This document shows, one piece after another, positions 1-11,959 of a DNA stretch of 34,972 nt. Numbering within the stretch: the stretch's first letter is position 1; each line of letters begins with the position of its first letter. Under the pieces are notes generated by a model that was given only the letters and a program-made list of their open reading frames with translations, was not told where the DNA came from and ran no database searches. The stretch is from Chiloscyllium plagiosum (lineage: Eukaryota): contig NW_025214165.1 in assembly GCF_004010195.1 (NCBI RefSeq), positions 1 to 34,972 of the forward strand, written 5' to 3'. The translations under genes and the position numbers were made by a program.

Positions 1-130
1 AAAGAAGACATAGGAATTAGAGCCGGCCATTCAGCCCATCAAACCAGCACTGCCATTCCATATGGTCACAGCTGATTGAACACTTCAATGCCTTTTTATC
101 CACTCCATCTCCCTGGATCCCTGTGGTAAC
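1..130 (-). mobile_element. CR1 LINE 3' tail fragment
   Basis: GGCCATTCAGCCCATC...CCATTC...GCTGAT is the reverse complement of the CR1 3' tail seen on + at 12995-13050. Confidence 0.6.
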
Positions 131-159
131 CCAAAATCATTTTATCTCCAGAAAACCTG

Positions 160-497
160 ATAGAAGTGCACAAAATTATGAGGTACATGTCTTGAATGGA
201 TAGTCAGTGGCTCTTTTTCCTACAGCAGAAATTGCGAGGGGACATGAGTTCAAGGGAAATGGGATAAGTTTAAAGGAGATGAGAGAGGCAGGATTTTCCT
301 GGAAAGTGTTTGGAATGTGCTGCCAGAGGAGATGGTGGAGGCAGATACAACAGCAACAGTTCAGAGACATTTTGACAGAAGCTTGAATAGGCAGGGGATA
401 GAGGGACTTGGACCATGTATAGGCATTTTAGTTTAGAAAGGCTTCATGTGTTAGCGCAGTCCTGATGGGCCAAACGGCCTGTTCCTGTGCTGTACTG
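160..497 (+). mobile_element. CR1 LINE 3' end, decayed
   Basis: Decayed TGGAATGTGCTGCCAGAGGAGATGGTGGAGGC (WNxLPxxVVEA) region followed by tail GATGGGCCAAACGGCCTGTTCCTGTGCTGTA. Confidence 0.75.
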
Positions 498-517
498 GGC
501 ATTGATCTGCTTTGTCA

Positions 518-830
518 GATGGTGTCTCAGTGGTTAGCACTGCTGCCTCACAGCACCAGGGACCCGGGTTCGATTCCAGCCTCGGGTGACTGTCTGTGTG
601 GGGTTTGCACATTTTCCCAGTGTCTGCGTGGGTTTCCTTCGGGTGCTCCGGTTTCCTCTCACAGTCCAACGATGAGCAGCTTGGGTGGTTTGGGCACAGG
701 AAATTTCCTGTAGTGTTTACGGATGGGAGGATTAGCGATGGGAAATGCGGGGTTATGGGGATAGGCAGGGATGCTTTCCCAAGGTCGGTGTGGACTCAAT
801 GGGTCAAATGGCCTGCTTCCACACTGGTTG
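518..830 (+). mobile_element. HE1-type tRNA-derived V-SINE, older copy
   Basis: A-box-like CAGTGGTTAGC, B-box GGTTCGATTCC, V-domain GGGTTTCCTTCGGGTGCTCCGGTTTCCTC, CR1-derived tail; homologous to 22485-22802. Confidence 0.9.
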
Positions 831-937
831 GATGATACTCCATCACCACCTTGCCATTAATTTTGGGAAGAAAGTCAGTCTGTCTTTAAAATGGACAATG
901 AAGCTGAGAAATGGGTAACTGAAAGTTGTGTGACTAT

Positions 938-1920
938 TGTTATGGATGGTACAGGTACCAGACTGTATTCCGTAAGAAATCGCAGGAACCTTTTGAAAAT
1001 TAAATTGTTATTTCCATAAGTGAACAGAAACTCCCTGACAGTGGAGGTGTAAATAGCTCCATCTATTTGACAAGTTAATGGCTGGCACAGTCAAACAGGT
1101 TACTATCCACAACTAAAGGACAATGGACCAGTCTGTGCCCAGGACATAGGTCAAACCATTTTCGAAGCATGAGGCACCAGTTTTGGATCTCGCCATCAGT
1201 TTTCATTGATTACGATCTGCTCTCTAGGCTACAGCAGCCCATGGAAGAATAAAAAATAAATAAGTTTTGATCTTTGTAAGAGAGGCTGTGGAAACCATCA
1301 GAAAACGGGTTCTCAGCCAATAGGAGTGCACATGCGCTGGCATCTAAAAATCAACTGTTTGTAGTGCCATCGTTGCAGAGCCAGTGAGGGACAGGAAACT
1401 TCTGTCCTCTCTCGCGTTCTCCAATCCTGCTGACCTGCTGTCCAGGCAGATTCTAGTATTTAACTACAGAAGCCATCACAGATGCGGAATCTGACATCAG
1501 GTTTCAACTCTCCCACTTCAGAACGAGAAACCTCAAGGAGTGACAGACTTGCACTGACCTCAGAGACTGGTGTTACTTCCACCCTTTTAAGTTTTATTTT
1601 CTATTATCATCCATTTTCAGTTTTTGAATATATTTTTTAGCTAATATGCTTATCACTTTTATTTGAATAATTGTCTGCAATAATTATGGATTGAACAAAA
1701 CTCTCATCTCCTGAAGAAGGTCTACTGGTCCTGAAACATTAATTCTGCCTTTTTCTCCACAGATGCTGTGTTATTCCAGAATTTGCTGATTTTGTTACAT
1801 AAAACTGTTTTGGTTTCTTTTTCCAAATTGAAACATGCAGAAATGAAAACAAATCTATAAACAAACTACAAAAAAGTTAATACCCACCACACTGAGGACA
1901 CATCTACTGTGGGTGTGACA
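938..1920 (+). mobile_element. Possible solo LTR-like element containing a PLE terminal fragment at ~1705-1795
   Basis: Starts TGTTATGG, ends TGTGACA, contains CCAAT (~1317) and T-rich 3' part; no convincing TSD and no second copy in the window. Confidence 0.25.
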
Positions 1921-2114
1921 CTCACATAATCCTCTCTGAGAGACAGAGCTCTCGACTGCCAGACGCTGAAACATACAGTTAAAAGACAAAAATAAGTCAA
2001 GGGAAAGTAAATGAGCTTTCAATCTGATAAGTACCCGATTCTGCATTAACAAAGAGATCAATTTATTTGCTGGACAGGTCTAAAAAAAACAAGGCTGCAG
2101 GGATATGGGATTAC

Positions 2115-3305
2115 AAATACATTAAAGGGATTAGGTTAGCCAGAGAAAGAGTAGGGCCCATTAGGGACCAGGACACAACCTGTCTGTGAAGCTACAGGAG
2201 ATTGGAAGGGTGTTAAATGAATATTTCCATTTGGTCTTCACTCTGAAAAAGGAGAACATTATTACAGAATTCAGGAAAAGGGACTGTGAAGAGCTTACAG
2301 AGTTTTACTTAGGAAATGGGGCAGGTATTAGAGACTCTGTCAGGTTTATAAATAAACAAATCCCCTGGCCCAGATGAATTGCATTCCAGGCTGCTGTGGG
2401 AGGTGAGGCAGGAAATTGCAGGGGCTCTGACACACATTGTTAATTCTCTCTGGCCAAGGGGGAAGTGTCAGAGGACTGGAGGATAGCTAATATGGTTCCA
2501 CTTTTTAAGAAAGATGGTAGCAATGAACCAGGAAATTAGAGACCAGTGAGTCTCACATCAGTGACAGGGAAACTATTGGAGAAAATTGTGAAAGAGTAAA
2601 TTAATACCCACTTGGAAAGGTATGGGTTAATTTGGGATAGTCAGCATGGCTTTGTCAGAATAGTCATACTTAGCAAATTCATTAGAATGTTTTGAAAATA
2701 TGATCAAGTGTGTGGATGAAGGACATTCAATTGATGTAATTTAAATGGATTTTAGTAAAACGTTTGACAAGGTCCCACAAGGGAGACTGATTGAGAAGGT
2801 TAAAGTGTGTGGAATTCAGGGAAACTTGGTGAGATGGATTAGAAACTGACTTAGTAAGAGGACACAAAGGGTAGTGGGAAAAGGTTGTTTGAGTGACTGG
2901 AGAGCGCTTGGCTGTGTTGTTCCACCGGGATCAGTACTGGGACCCTTAGTGTTTGCTAAGGACATAAATGGTATGGGTGAAAATGTGGGGGGAATATTAA
3001 ACAAATTTGCAGATGACACCAAGATTTGGTGGGTGGTTAATAGTGAAGAAAATGATTGCAGATTATAGAAAGATATAGATGGGTTGGTCAGATGGACAGA
3101 GCAGTGGCAGATGGTATTTAACCCTGATAAATGCAAGGTGTTGCACTTTGGAAGAAGAAACAAGATGAGGGAGTGTTTAGTGAATGGCAGGACACTGGGC
3201 AACTTAGAGGAAAAGAGGGATCTTGGGGTAATTATTCACAGTTAACCGATATTCGCAGAGCAAGCGAATAGGATAGTTAAGGCGACATATGGGATATTTG
3301 CATCT
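2115..3305 (+). mobile_element. CR1 LINE ORF2 reverse transcriptase, decayed
   Basis: Disrupted motifs KSPGPD, QHGF, MDFSKTFDKVP (~2745), VPPGSVLGP, KFADDTK (~3003), with stops and frameshifts. Confidence 0.92.
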
Positions 3306-3365
3306 AAAGCTTGCGATTTCAAATAAACCTGTTGACTATAATCTGGTGTCGCATAACTTCTGATA
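3306..3365 (+). mobile_element. PLE-type terminal fragment (family of 6707-6852)
   Basis: AAAGCTTGCGATTTCAAATAAACCTGTTGACTATAATCTGGTGTC matches 6792-6840. Confidence 0.65.
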
Positions 3366-3510
3366 CTAACATGACTCCAGACCTTGACGCAAAACTCTAT
3401 TCCTTCCCACCTGAGACCTGATAGACCCTTCACTCCAGACGCTAAAACCACCCACCCTCACCCTTAAGACTGACACTTGTCTCACCAGGGACCTGACATC
3501 ACTATTTGGC

Positions 3511-3591
3511 AGACCACTGAGTCTCACATCAGTGACAGGGAAACTATTGGAGAAAATTGTGAAAGAGTAAATTACTACCCACATGGAAAGG
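3511..3591 (+). repeat. 81-bp local duplicate of 2540-2620 (CR1 RT segment)
   Basis: Direct comparison gives 3 mismatches in 81 bp. Confidence 0.9.
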
Positions 3592-4794
3592 CATGGAACA
3601 GAATTAGCCATTTGGCCCATCGAATCTGCTCCGCCATTCGGTCATGTCTGATATTTTTGAACCCCATTCACCTGCTTTCTCCCCATCATCAGAGCTGAAA
3701 TCATCTCTGCCCCAACACCCCCTTGGCAGACAGGACAACTGTCCCTCTTCCTGCTGGATCTGATACCCCTCGACCAGCCAATCTACCCTCAACACTCCGT
3801 TACTCTATGGCACCTTAGCCATCTGGTATCTTGAACCTTTACTCCAACTTTACCTTAGGTACTAGCCTTTCACAGGAGCTGTGAAGGTGCTGGGCATTTA
3901 GATTGAAGAATAAAGAATATGACAATTCCTGCCAATGAAAGCAGGCATGGTTCAACTTTCCACAGTCATCCTGTAGTACGAGGGAACTGTTAGATTTAAG
4001 GCAAGGCTCCAAATTTCTGAAGGAGCAATGCTTGGAATCTCCTGTCAGTAATGTGGAGTCCTGATCAATACTCATCCCTCACAAAACATACCCTTGCTGC
4101 TCACGAGCTGGGGAAGGTGGGATGTGGGACTATTCGTAAAGCTCTTGTCAAGAGCTAGTATAAATAAAGTGGACTGAACAGTTCCCTCTGTACTGTGTCA
4201 TCTTACAATTCCTTGCATCTACAGATTGGTATTTTGCAAAAGTAGATTGCTGTTCCTTAAGCACATCAATATTTCATGCAGTGATTAATGAGCCTAGTAA
4301 AAACAGGAGCCTTCGCGATGAGGGGGAGGGGAAATTGAGGGGCGACTGTGGGACATGAACAGCAGGACCACCACATCTGTGACTAGCTGGTGATTTGAGG
4401 AACAGCTTGTCTCCTCACTAACTGTCTCAGTTCTAAAGCATTCCTGCTGATCAGGGATAGAGCAGTACACAGGTTTCCCGAATGCTGGAATCAATCTTAC
4501 ATTAGTTGTTTGCTAGTCATTTTCATAATTGGTAGCTTTTTCTGTGTGAAGTTGCTCCTGTCAGGAAATCTGCACCTTATACAGATCATTACCTCTGAGT
4601 GTAATCCCACACCTCACAGACACAGCCCATCCCTTCACCTGTCCCCTTCAGTACCTGCCACCATGGTGTTTGGGAAAGGCATGGGGGCCAGGGGCAGTGT
4701 TAATAATCATTCCCAAGGCTGCGTCAGATGCAGACTGGTAGCGATAAGGTATCAAAATCAGATTCACTTCAGGTCTCATCGGTAATTAATGAGT

Positions 4795-4880
4795 TTGACT
4801 CCAGGATCAACCACAAAATCCAGGTCAATGATCTGGGGAGGGAGTGCTGCACTGTCGAAGGTTCTGACTTTTCAGGTGAA
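4795..4880 (+). mobile_element. Deu-domain SINE (SacSINE1-like) 5' fragment
   Basis: GAGGGAGTGCTGCACTGTCGAAGG motif, also seen reversed at 34600-34680. Confidence 0.5.
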
Positions 4881-5144
4881 CATAAGACATGGAACAGTAC
4901 ATCACAGGACCAGGCCCTTTGGCCCACCATTTCTGTGCTGACCATGATACCATTCTAATGTAATCCTATCTGCCTGTACACAGCCCATATCCCTCTATTC
5001 CCTGCATGCTCTTTAATGCTGCTGTCACATTTGTTTCTACCATCTCCTCTGCTAGCGTGCGCCAGGAAACTACCATCCTCTGTATACAAAAATGTGCCTC
5101 ACACACTTCCTTGAAACTTTCCCCCTCTCACCTTAAAATTATGT

Positions 5145-5277
5145 CACAAGGAATTAAGGGCTGCGGGGAGAATGCAGGTATAGGGAGTTGAAATGCCCAT
5201 CAGCCATGATTGAATGGCGGAGTGGACTTGATGGGCCGAATGGCCTTACTTCCACTCCTATGTCTTATGGTCTTATG
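5145..5277 (+). mobile_element. Short 5'-truncated CR1 tail insertion
   Basis: TCAGCCATGATTGAATGGCGG...GATGGGCCGAATGGCC followed by TCTTATG repeats; TTATG occurs on both flanks. Confidence 0.75.
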
Positions 5278-6092
5278 CCCCATGGTATTTAACATTTCCG
5301 TCCTGGGAAAGGGACTCTGACTATCCACCCTATTCATGTCCCTTATTATTTTATATCCTTTTATCAGGTCACCCCTCAGCCTTTAACGCTCTAGCGAAAA
5401 AAACCCAAGTTTGTCCAATCTCTCCTAATAGCTATGATATGCCAATCCAGGTAGTATCCTGGTAAAGCTCTTTTATGCCCTTTCTAAAGCCTTTACATCC
5501 TTCCTATAGTGTGGTGACCAGAACTGCACACAAAACTCCAAACGTAGCCTAACTAAAGTCTTATACAACTGCAACATGACTCGCCAATTTTTATACTCAA
5601 TGCCCTGATCAATGGCACGTATTTTTTTACAAACTTATCCATTTGTGGTGCCCCTTTCAGCGAGTTATAGACTTGTACCCCAAGATGCCTCTGTCTATCA
5701 ATGCTCCTAAATGTCCTGCCATTTACTGTATATTGTCCGCTTGCATTTGACTTCCTAAAATGCATCAGCTCCCAATTAAACTCCATCTGCCACTTTCCAC
5801 CCAACTTTGTAACTGATCTATATTCTGCTATATCCTTTGATAATGTTCTTCACTATCCAACAGCTCTGCCAATGTTGGCATCATCTGCAAACTTACTAAT
5901 CAGACCATCTACATTGGCATCCAAATCATTTATATATATTACAAACAACAGGGGTCCCAGCATTGATCCTTGTGGAACACCACTGGTCACACACCCACAG
6001 TTAGCAAATACCCCTCCACAACTACCCTCTGTCTTCTATGACTAAGCCAACTTTATACCCAACTTACAACTCACCACAGTCTCATGTGACCT

Positions 6093-6545
6093 AGAGTCGT
6101 AGAGTCAAGGAAGTGTACAGCACGGAAACAGACCCTTCGGTCCAAATTGTCCATGCCAACCAGATATCCTAAATTAATCTAGTCCCATTTGCCAGCACTT
6201 AGCCGATATCCCACTAAACCCTTCTATTCATATACCTTCACATATCAGATGCTGTAATTTAAATGCTGTAATTGTACCAGCCTCCACCACTCCCTCTGGC
6301 AGCTCATTCCATACACACATCACCCGGTGCATGAAAAAGTTGCCCCTTAGGTCTCTTTTATATCTTTCCCCTCTAAACCTATGACCTCTAGTTCTAGTTC
6401 TACACTCCATGAAAAAGACTTTGTCTATTTATCTTATCCATGCCGGACACGATCTTATAAGGTCACCCCTCAGTCTCCGCCACTCCAGGGAATATAGTCC
6501 CAGCGTATTCAGCCTCTCCCTGTAGCTCAAACGCTCCAACCCTGG
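6093..6545 (-). mobile_element. Younger CR1 3' end nested in older CR1
   Basis: RTRGHRF...RDLRGNFF...VWNELPEGVVEAG; tail AGAGTCGTAGAGTC; same subfamily as 19833-21512. Confidence 0.85.
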
Positions 6546-6706
6546 AGTTGACCAGCCTACATTGTCAAATTCTTCAGTGAAGTCCAGATAGACAAGGCCC
6601 ACTTCCCTCCCCTCACTAATCGTCTTTGTTACTTCCTCAAAAAACACAAACAAATGTGTAAGACCAGACCCCACCCACACAAAACCATGCTGACTATCCC
6701 TAATAA

Positions 6707-6852
6707 AGTCAGAAGTCACACAACACCAGGTTATAGTCCAATAGGTTCATTTGAAATCACAAGACTCCACCTTACGAAGGGCTACGCTCCAAAAGCTTGT
6801 GATTTCAAATAAGCCTGTCAGACTGTAACCTGATGTCATGTGACGTCTGACT
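6707..6852. mobile_element. Short palindromic PLE-terminus-derived element; its tail resumes at ~7743-7792
   Basis: ~55-bp imperfect inverted arms (AGTCAGAAGTCACAC...TTGAAATCACAAG / CTTGTGATTTCAA...GTGACGTCTGACT) around a decayed hammerhead-like core. Confidence 0.65.
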
Positions 6853-7742
6853 TGAATTGAAACTGTGCTGCTGGAAAAGCACAGCAGGTCAGGCAGCATC
6901 CGAGGAGCAGGAGAATCGACGTTTCGAGCCAGAGCCCTTCATCAGGAATGAGTCTGGGAGCCTCGGGGGTGGAGAGATAAATGGGAGAGGGGGTGGGGCT
7001 GGGGAGAAGGTAGCTGAGAGTGCAATAGGTGGATGGAGATGGGGATGAAGGTGATAGGTCGGAGAGAAGTGTGGAGCAGATAGGTGGGAAGGAAGATCGA
7101 CAGGTGGGACAAGTCATGAGGACAGTGCTGAGCTATAAGGTTGGAACTGGGGTAATGTGGGGGAAGGGGAAATGAGGAAACTGGTGAAGTCCACATTGAT
7201 GCCCTGGGGGTGAAGGATCCCAAGGCAGAAAATAAGGTGATCTTCCTCCAGGTGTCAGGTGGTGAGAGAGTGGCGATGGAGGAGGCCGAGGATCTGCATG
7301 TCCTTGGCAGAGTGGGAGGAGAAGTTGTTGGACCTCGGAGCAGTGGAGTTAATTGGTGAGGGTGTCCCGGAGATGTTCCCTAAAATGTTCTGTAAGAAGG
7401 CTTCCAGTCTCCCCAATGTAAAGGAGACCGCATTGGGAGCAACGGAGACCTTCCCACCTGTCAATCTTCCTTCCCACCTACCTGCTCCACCCTCCTCTCC
7501 GACCTAGCACCTTTACCCCTTCTTCCATCCACCTACTGCATTCTTAGCTACCTTCTCCCCAACCCCACCCCCTCTCCCATTTATCTCTCCATCCCCGAGG
7601 CTCCCAGACTCATTCCTGATGAAGGACTCTGGCCTGAAATGTCGATTCTCCTGCCCCTCAGATGCTGCCTGACCTGCTGTGCTTTTCCAGCAACAAACTC
7701 TCGACTCTGATCTCGAGCATCTGCAGACCTCACTGTCTCCTA
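6853..7742. mobile_element. Penelope-like element 3' end (minus, GIY-YIG remnant) with inverted pseudo-LTR copy (plus)
   Basis: ~6865-7110 is the reverse complement of ~7450-7695; minus strand encodes SHSAKDMQILGLLH; each arm carries a hammerhead-like motif. Confidence 0.85.
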
Positions 7743-7984
7743 GTTGACTTTTGACTTCGTCCACCACAGTCCAACACCGGCACCTCCACATCGTACCTAT
7801 CCTTAGTAAGTCCATCCTTCTTTGAATGTGAGTAAATCCTGTCCCTAAAAACCTTCCTTAATAATTTCCCTATCACCGATGTAAGGCTCACCAGCCTGTA
7901 ACTTCCTGGATTGGCCCCCATTGCTCGTTTTAAACAAAGGGACAACATTGACTATTCTCCAGTCCTCTGGACCCGTACCAATCT

Positions 7985-8640
7985 GCCACCATACCATTTG
8001 ACTTTGTAACTGCTTGCTGCATCAGCAATGTTTAATGATTCTAAACTAGGTCACCTAAACTCCTTTGTACATCAGAACTACACAACCTCTCACCTTTTAT
8101 GAAATTCTCCCGGTTTCTGTTCCTTCTCCCAAATGGGATGGCCTCACACTGTTTCATGTTATATTCCGATGGTGATGTTCAAGCTTGGCCTGGCTTGTCC
8201 AAGTCCTCCTGAACGCTCATTTCAACTCCTTCACAGTTTACATTCACATCTAATTTGGTGTTATCGATTAATTTGGAAATATTAAAATTAGTCCCCATGA
8301 CCAAATCATTTATGGAGCTTGTAAAAAGCAAGAACCTTGCCTTGACCCCATGTAGCACCTCAGTGGTAATATCGTACCATTGTGAGAATGATCCGTTTCT
8401 TTCTCCCCCCTGCTTTCCGTCAACTGATTCTCAATCGATATGAAGATATTATTCCCAATTCTGTATGCTTTAATTTTGTTCATTAACCTCCAGCAGCAAA
8501 CCTTATCAAAAGCTTTCTAAAATTCCAAATATACTTCTCCTTTCTCTATGTTACAAATATCATCCTCAATGAATTCCAACGGGTTTGTGAAACATGATTT
8601 CCCTTGCATAAATCCAAGTTGATTTTACCTATAATTCTAT
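7985..8640 (-). mobile_element. Ancient CR1 RT fragment
   Basis: Reverse complement gives decayed GKSCFTN and LEF*KAFDKV motifs (~8500-8610). Confidence 0.65.
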
Positions 8641-8709
8641 AATGAAACTGCGATGCTGGAATCCTCAAACAAACAAAACCAGAAATTGCTGGAGGAACTC
8701 AGCATATAG

Positions 8710-9700
8710 TTCAACCGATTATTCCTCATGGCTGCAGTTCTGGAAACATTCCTGCAAATTCCCTCCGTGCTCTCTCCAGAGCAGTTAGGTTCTTCCAGTA
8801 GCATAGTGGCCAGAACTGTACACGGAACACCAGCTCGGACCTTGTTAGTTGTTATAAACAGTATCAGCATCACATCTCTGCTCTTGAATTCAATACATGG
8901 TCCCACTAAAGGAAAATATCCCACATATTTTTATCACCTTGTCGGCCTGGCCTGTCACCATTAAAGATCTGCTGACACACATTTCCTCTGCCTGTCTCAG
9001 TTCCCTCCCATTATTGTATTGTTTGTTGTCCCTGAATGCATAACTTACCCTTCACCAGATTGAATTCAATTGCCACTTTTTCACCCACTCAATCAAACTA
9101 TTGATATCATCCTGTATCCTCTTCACTCCCAACTATCTGGCCAATATTTCTGTCATCTGAAAAGTTCTCATTAGTGAGTCCCACATTTAAATCATTAATA
9201 TACAACTCTGAGCCCTGTGGAACAGCCCGAGAAACCACTTTCCATCCATAAAAACATCCTTTGTTTCCCATCTCTGGGAACTTTGGTATCGAACTGACCA
9301 CATTCCTCTGTATCCTATGGGCTTTAAATTTTCTGACAATGTGGGACCCACTCAAATACCTTACCATGAAGACTACATCCACCTTACATCACCTCTTTGC
9401 TATTTCCTCAAACACAGTCCTATACATCCGTAAGACATGACCTTCCCTGAACAAAACCACACTGACTACTTGTGATTCATCTGTACCTTTCCAACTATCA
9501 GCTATTGCCATGTCTATATCTTGATTCAAGTCATTTACCCATCACTAGATTCAGATTTGTTTTGAATAATGATGCCACATTGCAGAGCTTTAATCCTGGT
9601 CCCTCACCTATATCAAAAATGATCCTCAAAGCATCTGCTCTTTCCTCCCTGGCTTCCTTTAACAGCCTGCATTACAATTCATCAGGCCTTGATTGTTTAT
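8710..9700 (-). mobile_element. Ancient CR1 ORF2 fragment
   Basis: AVPQGSELYINDL, FSDD, IEFKSRDVML motifs on minus ORFs. Confidence 0.75.
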
Positions 9701-10064
9701 CCAACAATTTAAAAAGGACAGATCCTCCAGAACTTCCCTTCTTATTATGCTTCGTTTTTAGCATTGCTATTCTAACCAGCAAGATCAATGAACACATTTA
9801 AAGGGGAAGTAGATGGAGTTTTGAAATATTGGAGAGTTGGCAACTATGGTAAGCTAATACTAAAGTGGAGTTGAAACTTGGGGTCGATCAGCCATGTTCT
9901 GATAGAATACAAGCCTGAGAGAGCTGAATGGCCTACAGCTGCTCCCATTTCTGACATTGTTATGTGTTTCGAACCCTTCTCTTTATTAAGAATGCCTGCA
10001 CCCCTCTCCTCTGTTAAGACACAAATGAAATTTTCTAATGAAGAGACAAAAATAGAAATTGTTT

Positions 10065-10210
10065 TGGTCCTGAGGAAGGGTCACTTGACCCAAAACATTA
10101 ACTCTGATTTCTCTCAACAGATGCTGCCAGACCTGCCGAGCTCTTCCAGAAATTTGTATAAAACCAAAAGAACTAAGGATGCTTTAATTCAGAGACAGAA
10201 ACAGCAACAG
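10065..10210. mobile_element. PLE terminal fragments
   Basis: CTGAGGAAGGGTCACTTGACCCAAAAC...GATGCTGCCAGACCTGC, same family as 30005-30210. Confidence 0.65.
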
Positions 10211-10214
10211 ATAA

Positions 10215-11897
10215 GAGCCTAATGGTGTTAGGGACAAGGTACTGGCATGGATAGAGGATTGGCTGACTGGCAAAAGGCAGAGAGGGGGGATAAAGGGATT
10301 TTTTCTCAGGATGGCAGCTAGTGACTAGTGGAGTTCTGCAGGGCTCAGTGTTGGGACCACAAGTATTCATGTTGTACATTAACGATCTGGATGAAAGAAC
10401 TGAAAGCATTGTGGAAAGGATTACAGATGACACAAAGATAGGTGGATGGACAGGTAGTGGGGAGGCTACAGGCTGGGAGAGTGGGCTTGGACAGGCTGGG
10501 AGAGTGGGCAAGGAAGTGGCAGATGGAATACAATCAGGCAAGTGTGAGGTTATATATTTTGATTGGAGGATTTGAGGTATAGACTTTTTTTTTTAAAAAG
10601 TGAAAGGCTTTGGAAATCTGAAGCACAAATGGATGTGGGAGCCCTCGTTCAGAATTCTCTTACGGTTAATATGCAGGTTCAGTTGACAGGAAGACAAAAG
10701 CAGTGTTAGCATTCATTTCGAGAGGGCTAGAATAAATAGTAGGGATGTACTGCTGAGTCTGTATAAGGCACTGGTCAGATCGCATTGTGAGCAATTTTGG
10801 GTTCTGTATCTAGGGAAGGATAGACTGGCCTTGGAGAGGGTCCGGAAAGGGTTTGCAAGAATGATCCCGGAGATGAAGGGATTGACATATGAGGAGCAGT
10901 TGAAGACTATAGGTCTGTATTCAATGGAGTCCGGAAGGATGAGGAGGAAGCTGATTGAAACTTACAGAATACTGACAGGCCTGGATATAGTGATGTGGAG
11001 AAGATGTTTCCACCGGTAGGAGAGACCAGGACCCGAGGGCACAGCCTCAGGGTGAAGGCACAACCCTTTAGAACTGAGATGAGGAGGAAGAGTGAAAGAA
11101 TTTGAGTATAGGAGTAGGGATGTCTTGCTGGACCTTAGTGAGGCCACACCTTGAGTATTGTGTGTAGCTTTGGTCTCCTAGTCTGAGGAAGGACATTCTT
11201 ACTATTGAGGACTTTTAGCAAAGGTTCACCAGACTGATTCCCGGGATGGTAGGACTGACATAGGAGGAAAGATTGGATTGACTGGGCTTGTACTCGCTAA
11301 AATTTAGAAGAATGAGGGGGGATCTCATAAAAACATAGAATCTTCATGGGACTGGTCAGGCTAGAGGTGGGAAGAAAGTTCCCGATGTTGGAGAAGTCCA
11401 GAACAAGGGGTCACAGTCTAAGGATAAGGGGTACGCCATTCAGGACTGAGATGAGGGAGAAGTTCTTCACTCAGAGAGTCGTGAACCTGTGGAATTCTCT
11501 CCCACAGGAACCTGTTGGGGCCAGTTCATTCAATAGATTCAACAGGGAGCTGGACATGGCCCTTGCTGCTAAAGGGACCAAAGGGAGAGGGTGGGAATGG
11601 GATACTGAGATTGCATGATGAGCCATGATCATAATGAATGGTGGTACAGGCTCGTAGGGCTGAATGTTTTCTATGATTCTATGAATGTCTTTAGCCAGAC
11701 AGTAGTGAATCTGTGGGATTCATTGCTGCAGAGGGCTGTGGAGGCCAAATCATTGAAGATACTTAAGACAGAGATGGATAGGTTCTTGATTGGTAAGAGG
11801 GATCAAGGGCTAAAGGGAATGGGGTTGAGAAACATATCAGCCATGTCCAAATGGTGAACAGACTTGATGGGCTCAATAGCCTAATTCAGCACCTATT
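10215..11897 (+). mobile_element. CR1 ORF2 3' half with a second CR1 3' end nested at ~11093-11682
   Basis: VTSGVLQGSVLGP, YINDLD, TDDTKIGG; sequence after GAGATGAGGAGG (~11088) resumes at ~11685. Confidence 0.85.
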
Positions 11898-11959
11898 TTG
11901 GATGGTTGTACAGACTCATCCCAATATCAATACTCAGCAGCACACACTCAGTGTGTACA

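Larger units (their letters stand above)
4880..7975 (-). mobile_element. Older CR1 LINE ORF2, interrupted by nested insertions at 5145-5275, 6093-6545 and 6707-7796
   Basis: Minus-strand pieces WQMEFN, HLGVQV, GVPQGSMLGP, KFADD (~5880), DSQHGF, NPGSYRLVSLTSVIGKLL are collinear once insertions are removed. Confidence 0.85.
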
